Shown in pieces: positions 51,531-61,584 of a DNA stretch of 64,000 nt. A model generated the notes under the pieces. The model had not been told where the DNA came from. It made no database searches and saw only the letters and a program-made list of their open reading frames with translations. The stretch is from contig NW_026851541.1 in assembly GCF_026571515.1 (NCBI RefSeq), forward strand, positions 1 to 64,000, given 5' to 3'. The stretch's first letter is position 1; each line of letters starts with the position of its first letter. The position numbers and the translations under genes were made by a program. Origin of the DNA: Ruditapes philippinarum. Its lineage: Eukaryota.

Positions 51531-52877
51531 GTTGATGCTCCTGCGAGTCCCTAGTTTTATTCTGCCTTTAACACAATGCTATTACTGTTTTATTTTGCTA
51601 GATTTTCATTCGATATTTCATTATATAAATCAAGGCAAATGAAGTGACAATGTAAGGGATAGACAGTCATGTGAATTTTCTGTGTAATAATTATTGAAAA
51701 CATTTTTTGTTATTTTAAGATAAGTGGTCAGGTGTTCGTTAATTGTTTGAGCCAAACAAATAGAGAAAAATCACATCTATTATGTAAGTCTAAAAGAAAC
51801 TTGTTGACATGGTTATTTTGGTAACCCTTGAACTGCAGGACTTCACAAAAGATTATGTATTTTCAAATTGTTAAACATATGAGTTTGCTCTATGTCCTTG
51901 TTTGTTAGCTGTCCTTGTTAGGAAAAAGATGTTTTAAAAAGATTTTACTTGTAAAGATTGTGTAATAGATGACAATTACTTTACAGCAAGAGTCTACTTT
52001 CATTTATGACAGGTGTTAACATTTGTCATGGTTGACCCATTTGTATCGTAATATCACTTATTTGGTAAAACATGAATGCTAATTTATTACTCTTCTCATC
52101 TCACTCTTGAAAAAAACAATATAATTAATATTGTTGGTTTTTTTATTTGTTTGGGTCGTCAGACCAAACAAATAATGGTAGCGAAATTTCAGAGTCTAAT
52201 GTTGCTAATTGCAAATGCCGAAAGTAGTCCAATTTTTTGGAGCGGTTACTTCCCTTTTGTATGTACACTAAAGCCGAAAAATTCAGGGGAGATCACTGTG
52301 TAAAGATGGTCAAAGACAGGCGCATCAATTTTCAAGCAAAGTAATTCCCGAATGGTCAAAGATTTCTAATATTGTTTTATTGTATTTTCTGATCGAAAAT
52401 AACTAAATACAAAGCGGACATTCAATCTCTGACACAGAAGTTTACTACAAACCTAACAACAAGTAGTTCTCAAAACAGCTAAAAACTAGCGATTTAAAAG
52501 AAAGAAATATTTTATTTTGTTACAAGTATCCAACAAATTACAACGCATTTAAAGTTAAACAATAGCGTTGGCTTATAGAATTGTCAATAAATGCACAATC
52601 ACAAATTACGCGGATGAATATGATTTTATCAATGAAAATACTATTTTTAGCCATGTTGATTACCGAATACTACACAAACCGAGTAGTGGAATATATAGAT
52701 TCTACATGCCGGACCGTTTGGGCGAGAGGATTTTTGCTAAAATATCTACTTCAATTATAAACAACAGGTTTAGCCTAAACAAAATACCTCGAAATTAATA
52801 AGGATTACAAACCCGAACTGCAATGGAAGTTCCAAATTTAGAATGATTTGATATTATTCAGACACCCTGTGTATAAC

Positions 52878-52950
52878 TTTTCCGTGGTACAAGGGTAACG
52901 CGCTCGCCTCGTGAGTGAGAGGTCTCGAGTTCGTATCCAAGTCGAGAAAA
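52878..52950 (+). ncRNA. tRNA-like Pol III module 1 (anticodon position CGT); probably not a functional tRNA
   Basis: A box TGGTACAAGGG; anticodon arm CTCGC-CTCGTGA-GTGAG; AGGT; B box GAGTTCGTATCC; imperfect acceptor-like pairing TTTTCCG/CGAGAAAA; T9 run at 52953. Confidence 0.55.
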
Positions 52951-53345
52951 ACTTTTTTTTTGTTAAATTCTTTTTTTTAAGTGTTTTTGTTAAGGAAGTA
53001 GCCATGATATACAAAGATAAAGTGTGGCTGTCGTAAAAAAAGGACATAAATGATTTTTTGATGCAACTCTAGTTATGCAGAATTACGGATGTATCAAACT
53101 CTGGTGCCTTACAAAAGGAATTATAATACATAAAAATAAACTTATACAGGAAAATGCATACAGATATACAGTACGATTGCAAAGATCAGAAAATACCACA
53201 GAACTTGCAGCCGTTTGATTCTTTATAAATATACATGCTTATAGTAAGCTCCAGGATTATTTACATCTGTGTTAAACAACAGTTAAAGTCGTTACAAGCC
53301 CTAATTTAGAATAATATGGTTTTCTTCAGGCCGTTCACATATAAA

Positions 53346-53418
53346 TTCACCGTGGCTGAAAGGTTTTCGGGCTCGCTTAGGAAGCGAGAGGTCTGGAGTT
53401 CAAATCCCAGTAAAGGTT
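53346..53418 (+). ncRNA. tRNA-Pro(AGG)-like Pol III module 2; acceptor stem degenerate
   Basis: A box TGGCTGAAAGG; then CTCGC-TTAGGAA-GCGAG-AGGTCTGGAGTTCAAATCCCAG, close to eukaryotic tRNA-Pro (CTCGCTTAGGGTGCGAGAGGTCCCGGGTTCAAATCCCGG); T7 run at 53424. Confidence 0.6.
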
Positions 53419-53619
53419 ACTCATTTTTTTAAATTGTTAAAGTCAAATAAACATTGGATTGAATATCAGTGTTGCAATTAGTCTAATAGCCAATTTACTA
53501 CAATTAAAACGATGGAAAGCATTGGTGGCACTAAACATATAATCTCACAACCTGCACCTTTCTTACATTCTGAGACCCAAACAAATTCAGCGCCTTCTGT
53601 GCTTTGATTACTGAGTGTA

Positions 53620-53876
53620 TTTATTGGCGTCCGCGCCGAAGCGCGGCGCTCTTATGGAATGAAATCAGATTTTGTGAAAGGGCGACAGCAACTTCTCGAG
53701 CCTTTTAGTCGGTCATAATAAAAGCCGAAAATTCCGATCGGTATGAGGGTGCTTGATTATTAATAATTAAGAATGAAATGTCGCGATATGTTACAATGAA
53801 TTTTCGCAATGCAAACATTTTCAAATGAAATAAATAACCTTTTCCGTCAATAAATCGCGCTCTTCGGGGTTTTTTT
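53620..53876 (+). mobile_element. Short Helentron-type element related to 52143-53609
   Basis: 5' TTTATTGGCG plus hairpin CCGCGCCGAAGCGCGG. 3' inverse CGTCAATAAA (53845-53854) plus GC-rich stem remnant and T run. Shares AAAGCCGAAAATTC with the upstream element. Confidence 0.7.
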
Positions 53877-55344
53877 ATTTAACATTTTGTAGTATACAGT
53901 CGGTTATCATGGTATGTTATTGTTGTACATGTATCCTAGAATGATCAGTTGATGACCTAAATATTCCAAAAACCTATTTATAGATATATCTATTTATCAC
54001 TCCTATCGGTAAATGCCGGTCTCTCCCGGTCTATTTTGACCAGGATTTACTAGTGACCGGCGAATAGTACCACACGTTTATTGTCCGGTCTCTGCCGGTT
54101 TTGGAGTAGATGTGTGATATCGTTACAATTAGAAAAAAAACAACAATAGCATGTTTCATTTTATCTATATGAGATAAAAACAATAAATATGTACACGGAT
54201 TTATATTACATATAAATATGATATGTACAATAATTGAGAAAAAGGTACATTTTTTATGGTATTAAAATGACATTATCAACTTTGAAACATTTTATTTAAT
54301 TTGTTATCCGTGTTTAGTAAAGATGCCGAGGAAATATTCAAAGTTACAAATTAGATTTTATGAATTATTCAATTGATTGATAATTTAAAAAATGATAAAG
54401 AAAAATACAATGTACATGGTTTAAGAATAAACAATATTATATATTGAAAGATAAACCATAATTTACTGACTTTTTCCAGTTAAGCTTTGACTTATAATCG
54501 TCGGTCAATATGACAATTGAATTCTTAAGATTTATTTTACAATTTTAATAAAAAAAGAGTAGTAAAAACTCAGTTTTAAAATAGCGCATATAACACAAAA
54601 AAGAATAAAAGAAAACAATATTCATAAAATTTGTATTTTTTTGAATTAAAATTAATAGATATTACAATTATTGTATAATAAACAATTATGCTCAACATGA
54701 TCAACATGGTAATATAACCTGTGTCATATTTTTACTAACTTAAAGTGTGAACAGATACCTTAAGGGGGTCTTCGCTAATAGCGATAACATAATAAGGGAC
54801 AATTACAAATGTGTGGTACGTGTTGATCATGCGTTACACATATGGATTATAAATGATTGCATACATGTATATCTGTTGCTATTAATAACCACGATCATAA
54901 AGAAATAACAAGTAATATTCTAATCTCTAGCATGCCAATCAAAGTTCATAATGAACAATGTCTTTCGTCCGCTCATTCATAAGTGATATACATTTCTGGT
55001 AGTTTATAAGAATATCTTGTCATCATATGTGTACTAGTTCATCTTCACTTACTGCATTTCTTGCTTGGACGCCCTTTGATGCTTTGCATCAATGCTTTTC
55101 TTGTAGTATGATATTGTTACCATCTAACATTTGAACATGCAGGAGTACTTGGTTCACATTGCTGTGGGTCACGGGTTCAAGCTTTGCGTCTAAATTGGGT
55201 TTCTATATGTTTTTGGGGATTTTAATTTTTGTTTTATTGTAAGCTCATAGCTAGTGGCAAATTTGGTGATTTAAAATGATGTTTGCTTGCAGACTATGGG
55301 AAGAATAAGTTATTTAGTCTCAAAGTTTTATTTGCTAAATATTT

Positions 55345-55990
55345 ATTGTGCAAAGAACTCTTTATTGTCTTCTTCATTTTATCAAGTTTCTAGTCTTCTT
55401 CAAAGAACTATTGCCTTCTGAATTTGTTGTATTTTGTACAAAGAACTCTTGCCTTCTTAATTTCTACAAAGAACTCTTGCCCCCTGAATTTGTACAAAAA
55501 CTTTTGCCTTTTGAATTTGTACAAAGAACTCTTGCCTTCTTAATTTCTACAAAGAACTCTTGCCTTCTTAATTTCTACAAAGAACTCTTCTTAATTTCTA
55601 CAAAGAACTCTTGCCTTCTTAATTTCTACAAAGAACTCTTGCCTTCTTAATTTCTACAAAGAACTCTTGCCTTCTTAATTTTTACAAAGAACTCTTGCCT
55701 TCTGAATTTGTACAAAGAGCTCTTGCCTTCTTAATTTCTACAAAGAACTTTTGCCTTCTTAATTTCTACAAAGAACTGCCTTTTGAATGTGTACAAAACC
55801 TTCTGAACTTGTACAAAGAATTCATGTCTTTAAAGAATTATTTAAAGAATTGTTGCCTTCTGAATTTAGATACACAACTCTTGACTTCAGAATTTGTTAA
55901 AAGAGTCTTTGTCTTCTGTATTTTTTATAAATAATTTTCTGATTTTGTATATAAAATTGCTATTTTTAAATTTGTGTAAAGAGTTATTAT
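55345..55990. repeat. 28-bp minisatellite (TACAAAGAACTCTTGCCTTCTTAATTTC)
   Basis: Homogeneous core 55437-55780 with degenerate edges; source of ORFs 55348-55650 and 55695-55934. Confidence 0.93.
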
Positions 55991-58900
55991 CTTCTGATTA
56001 TACATTGTACCGGTAAATAATTCTTACCTCATTTCCCAGGCACACAAAGAATATTATACAATAATTCAGTTTTTGAAGATGAGAATTTTTTAATGAACTA
56101 TTTCTTTAAAGCAAAGACAGATAATTGTAAAAAATGGGAAGTTGTTACAATGTTGGTGTGGAAATGCCTGTGTCATGTGTCAACGATGTGGTCACAGTTA
56201 TTGTTAAATCCAGTGAAGATTTCACAACTTTCTCAATATTGCTGTTTCCAATATTGCCCACACACTCTGCAAGAAAAAAGGAAATTAATTATAGGGCATT
56301 GATTGATTAAAGGCAATTATAACTTCATGTCAGGCAACGTCTGTGGTCCAGTGTTGAATTTCAGTTTAATAAAGCACCATGCAATTAACCTACAAACTTG
56401 TTCCATCAGTTGCAGGGAGTTTGGAGGGAATAAAGGAAACCATTTAATTATATTGAGATTGTTATTAAAGTCGTATTATTATTTTGGTTTCTGTTTTAAA
56501 AAGATTGCAATTTAAAAACCATAGAAAAAGCAGTTACAATAGAGTGCAAGTTTGTGCATACTTTGTCTTGAAGATTCTGTAAGTTTCTTGACATCATATC
56601 ATCAGAATCGGTGTCAAATATTAAGAACAAATGGATGCACTTTAAATAAGTCTGGACACACTTGCTGTTCAAGAGCTTAAACTTTAAAACTCTTTGTTTG
56701 TTAGGAGTGGTGTGGACATCAGGGAAGGGAAGATCTTTTATCAAAAATCACTGAAAGTTGACTTTCATCAAGTATTTTGACAAGTAGCAATTTCCAAGTA
56801 GGGAATGATTTATACAGCTTGATCAGTGGTATAATTATGTTTTGAATTTCTAATGAATTCAGACTCTCGCCTCAAGCTCTTTGGAATTAAAGGTGTAAAG
56901 GCTGACAGTGGCTGACAATAGACCATGTTAATGAGAGAAGATCGAGAACTATACATGAGCCTTTGCTTCTAAATTTAATCACGCAGTTGCACAAACAATG
57001 TAGAAATGAGAAACAGCGGACAGCATTCATTTGTATAACTAGTCAATTTGAAAAAATTACGCAACTCTGCCAAATCAACTGATGCAGGAATGGAATTCAA
57101 GTTGAAATTTCCATTTGTTGTCGTTGGTAACCATATTTAATTAGACAGGATTGGATTGACAGTCTAACTACATGCTTTTGTCATTAGTTTTCGCACATTT
57201 ACAACGAACCTTCAATTTGAACAATTGTTGGCTAGTGTTAATGAAAAACGATGTGGAAAAGTAGCTTTTAATTGGTGAGAATTGAATGCAAGTAAAGCCT
57301 TGTTGACGGATTATGGTGTCACTTATTCTACACAGTTTCTGCATTTGGCTGTCATTTAGGATGCTTTGATCGTGGATGTTTTTGTAAAGTTTGTCATGCC
57401 AAGTGATACTTGACCGCTTGTTGTCATGCAGACAAGTCGGAAAAGTATAAAAAAAACAAGCAAGAGACCTTGTCAGATGGATTGCCTTTTGAAATAATTG
57501 TTACTGGTTTCTCATGTTTTGCATGTTGGTTTTCACTCTCCTGTCTGCAGGTTTTTTTTTTTTAAAGAATTTCTTACAAGGGGGCATTGTAATAATGCAT
57601 TCATTGCAGGATAAAGCACAAAAAACGCCCTTTTTTTCAAGGTGTAAGCTTAAAAGGCTTTCCTTTAATAGAACGTACTAAGTAGAGCTGTCTTTTATTT
57701 GATGTTCCAATTTAACTTTTTGCCCCTAAGTTTTTTGACATATGACAAAAACACTTTTATTTCTCATTCTCATCAGAAGACTTGATATAAAAGAGATGAC
57801 AAAATGTTAAAATTAATGACGATATAATGAATGGATTAAAGACGTGGCTTTTCAAATTGATAGGAAGGAGGTTTGAATAGTTAAGAAGGGGGGGACACTT
57901 GACCCGCACACCTGCCGAAGCAAACCTGACACTGATCTTATATTGATTGTTAAAGCCTTTAGCGAAAGTTTTCTCTTCTTCTTTAATTTCTCCATCAGTT
58001 TTGCATAACATACTTCAAAATTGAATATTTTATTCTAAAGTACTTCTGGATTACACAATAGCTTGTTTGTGGGAAAAAAGGCAACTCCTTATACCCATAT
58101 TTTGGTCAGACAAAAAAAGAAAGTTTTCTATTTCAATTCCTAACAGTTTTCTTAAATGTAGTAAAAGAACATGATGAGAACAGGGGCAAGGAGGCACTTT
58201 TCATTTGAGGCAGTATCTCAAATTAAATACTGAAAATGCTTCTATTAAATACTGAAAATGCTTCTTTTTCATATCAAATCCTATTCTTATTTCAAAGCAG
58301 TCTCAGTTAGTGTTTTTATTCAGAATATTAATTTTAACAATCTTTAATGACTTCATTGTCCTGGTCATTTAAACTTTGACCACAGGCATAAAATTTGTCC
58401 ATATATACTGACAAATCAATTCCTGATGTTTATTGTTCAAATATTTTAGCTCCTAAATTTTTTAATGGGCTGATGGGATCATTTCTAATGCATTATGGGA
58501 GAAGAGATGTGACCGAGCACATGCATTTTGGCTGTATGAGCACATTGTAATGTTTAACAGGATTAAACCATAAACCCTAAGCCTAAAGAGGTCATTAATA
58601 TAAGATTTGACGTCAACATTGCTGTGCTGGCCACCATGATGTTGACTAGGTCAAACGCATTATTAAACTGATTGGCTCCCAAACAAAGCTATTTGCCCCT
58701 TAAAATAATGATTATGAGGTTTAAACTTTAAACTATTTTCTTACAGAATTTTGAAGTTTGATCGAGATATGTTGTAAAAGGAAAAATGGTGTGCAATCAA
58801 GTAATATTATAAATGACCTGAATTTTAAATTAACTCAAATGAATTTTGTACAGCATTGTTAAGTTTCGACAAATCTATAAAGTTTATGAAGGAAGGTATA

Positions 58901-59699
58901 TCAAAACTAAGAATTTTGTAGTAAAAAAATTATTTTGTGAGCGGTCTGTAAATGGTGCTAATCCATTGGTCAATTTTAAATTTTATACTCAGGATTAACC
59001 AATCAAAATACATGTAATAATAATAATTGCTAAGGATAAAATTTCCAATGTGTGTTGTTGATTTTATAAGATGTAATTAATACTCAGGTTGTCAACAACA
59101 TTTTGGTGATGAAAGATTCTAATTGTCGATCATTTACAAGTTAAGCAAGATGTTTTCTTTTTGTCATAAGTAATGCTATAAAGAGAGATTGTATATAGAA
59201 TTTGATGGATGTATGCATGGTACGTTGTTGACAGTAAGGTGACATTTTGTAGCTTTACACGGCCATAAATGACACACTATCTTTTAAAAGTCATACATTG
59301 TTGCAAATGACATTAATGCATATTGTTTCTGACCTTTTGCTGCTTAGATTTTATTTTAAAGACTGGTAGACGTGCAATAAACCGGTTAATTATGATAAAA
59401 TATTCAAAATTGATTAAGCGGTAACATGCCATCATTTCCTCAAATTCTACTAATCATATCAAATACACCATGTATATGCATTGTTATGTCTATATTGTAC
59501 AAATTAAAGGTGCATGAGACAGTTACATTATTAACTTATTTAAAAAACAAAACAACATTTTTTACTCACCAATTTGAAATGTTTATGTTTATTTGGTGGT
59601 TGATCTTCAAATATGTAGTTGAAGGTCTTTTCTGGTCTGCTGGCACGATCTGCTGGTAACTGTAGACTAACATCAGTCAAATACTCCATACATTCGCCA

Positions 59700-60255
59700 G
59701 AAATTAATTTTAATTATTAACCTAAGTTCATCATTAGAACTATTACTTGACCAACATTACTTGTGTCATCATTATTATGTATATTACCTGACCAATATTA
59801 ATTTACTAGTATCATCATTATCATCATCATCATTATCATTAACATCATCATCATTATTATGTATATTACCTGACCAATATTAATTTACTAGTATCACCAT
59901 CAACATCATCGCCATCATCACTAACAAAAATCATCATCCTGGTAAGAATCATATTTCCATCATAATTGTTATCATTATTACAATTATGTAGATAATCATT
60001 ATCATTGCTATCATTATTATTACCACTATGAATATTGACATCATCATCATCATCATAATTATTATCATCATTGTTTTTATAAGTAATATCATCTGAATAA
60101 TCATTATTATCATTATTGTTGTCATTATTTTCATTATTATCACCATAACAATCAATAACATAATTATCAACATCATCATTGTAGTCTCTATTAATATCAT
60201 GTACACTATTACATAGTGATCATTTTCATTATCATTACCTTCATCATCATTACCT
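59700..60255. repeat. Degenerate (ATC/ATT)n low-complexity tract with an internal ~50-bp duplication
   Basis: CATCAT/ATTATC runs; TCATCATTATTATGTATATTACCTGACCAATATTAATTTACTAGTATCA occurs twice (~59766 and ~59848). Confidence 0.9.
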
Positions 60256-61360
60256 TTCAGATGTTTAGTCTTGGTATAATCAGATTCAAGTCCCTTCGGG
60301 CATTTAAAGTTGTTGTTTTTCTGTTACCAGCCTAAATAAGCTTTACAATTAAATTCCCAAGTTCCTAGAGCTTTAAGATTATTTTCTGTCAAATTGAAAA
60401 CAAACAATAATTTACATAGATATAATGCCTCTGTAAAGTCAGATAAAAATTACCAAAGGTTTTTCTTAAACATTATATTAAATAAATGAATTGTTATGGT
60501 AAATATCATCTTTATAATTGCATTAACTCAAATTGCCGTCCATTTGGTTTTATGAGCTGTTAGTGATAATGCTCTTGTCTAGTTTATATGCTTATCTGGG
60601 CAAAGATTGATTTTTATAGTGTAAAGGATTTACTAAAACTTGACTTTTGTGGCCATAAACATCAGTGATAGTTTGGTTTTATCATCCTCACGGCAACTGG
60701 AGGTGTACACATAAAACTATATAGCATAGAAAACCTATTCATTTACTGTCGTTGATAATTTGTCTCTAACTAGTATGTTAAATGTTGGAGAAGTGTGTAA
60801 TAGAGGAATTACAAGTGATTATCAATAAAATCTGATAGCCTTATTGCCTGTCATAAAAACATGATAGCTATTAACATTAAATGTTTGGTTTTCTTCTGGA
60901 AAAATAAATGCTTTTCTGATTGGTTGATAGCATTTTTGTATTTGAAATTTGTATAGGTTTAAGCTTGTTTTGTAAAGTTGTTAATGAAAAATGTTCCATT
61001 TCATTTACATTACTTGTATGGATTTTTAGCTTGGTTTTTCTTATTAAAGAAAAAGACATGCTTTTATGATTGCACTGGCATTGTTGTCGTCATCCCTGTT
61101 GTCATGCAAAAACTTGAAATTTAAACATTTTAAAAACAATATTTTTAGTAATGTCCCATTTTAACTTAGAATTTTTAACAGGCAAGCATGCGGTGATGTT
61201 GTTATAATATTAGGTTTTGTTTAGGATTGGTGTTTTTAAAGGATCATGGTATTCTTTTATGAAAGAATTGCACTTGCTTAGGTTAGTTCATAATTGAAAC
61301 CCTATTTTTAAGTCCATATTGAACTATGATATTGATTCCTATATCCAGATATGGCCTTTT

Positions 61361-61584
61361 AGTTTATACAAATTTATTTTAGTTTGATTGTGTTGGAAGC
61401 TATAAGCTTATTGAAACACTGTCAAATCCGTTCCTGGAACCAACCAGTTCTAAGCAATGAATGTAAAGTTTCTTTCTCAAGGAAACAACACCCTGCCCCT
61501 GACAGGGTTTGAACCCACACGGTCAGCAATTCTTAGATTACAAGGCTGACATGTTAACCACTTGGCCATGCCGCCACCAATATT
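61361..61584 (-). mobile_element. Full-length tRNA-derived CORE-like SINE with 12-bp TSD
   Basis: Minus strand: GGTGGCGGCATGGCCAAGTGGTTAA (A box), GGGTTCAAACCC (B box), CORE-like TCCTTGAGAAAGAAACTTTACATTCATTGCTTAG, and a tail ending AATAAATTTGTATAAACT. TSD ATATGGCCTTTT at 61349-61360 and 61585-61596. Confidence 0.92.

Larger units (their letters stand above)
52143..53609 (+). mobile_element. Non-autonomous Helentron-type element (HINE/DINE-like), ~1.47 kb, carrying two tRNA-like modules
   Basis: 5' hairpin TTATTTGTTTGGGTC-GTCA-GACCAAACAAATAA (52143-52175). 3' subterminal repeat GACCCAAACAAAT (53574-53586) is the perfect inverse of the 5' arm. It is followed by the imperfect stem-loop TCAGCGCCTTCTGTGCTTTGA and TT. 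T-rich left flank. Confidence 0.82.

Noticed and set aside
52568-52798. 76-aa ORF inside the Helentron-type element
   Set aside because: Non-ATG start and no Rep (HUH) or helicase motifs recognisable.
52878-53418. Bona fide tRNA-Thr(CGT) and tRNA-Pro(AGG) genes
   Set aside because: D and acceptor stems are defective and T stems are bulged; kept only as tRNA-like modules.
53995-54122. CCGG-rich short segment with weak terminal inverted similarity
   Set aside because: Possibly a MITE remnant, but TIRs and TSD could not be defined convincingly.
57755-57785. Minus-strand CTGATGAG...GAAA resembling a hammerhead ribozyme core
   Set aside because: No stem II closing pair and no stem I/III complementarity.
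59949-60206. Met/Ile-rich 85-aa ORF
   Set aside because: Translation of the (ATC/ATT)n low-complexity tract.
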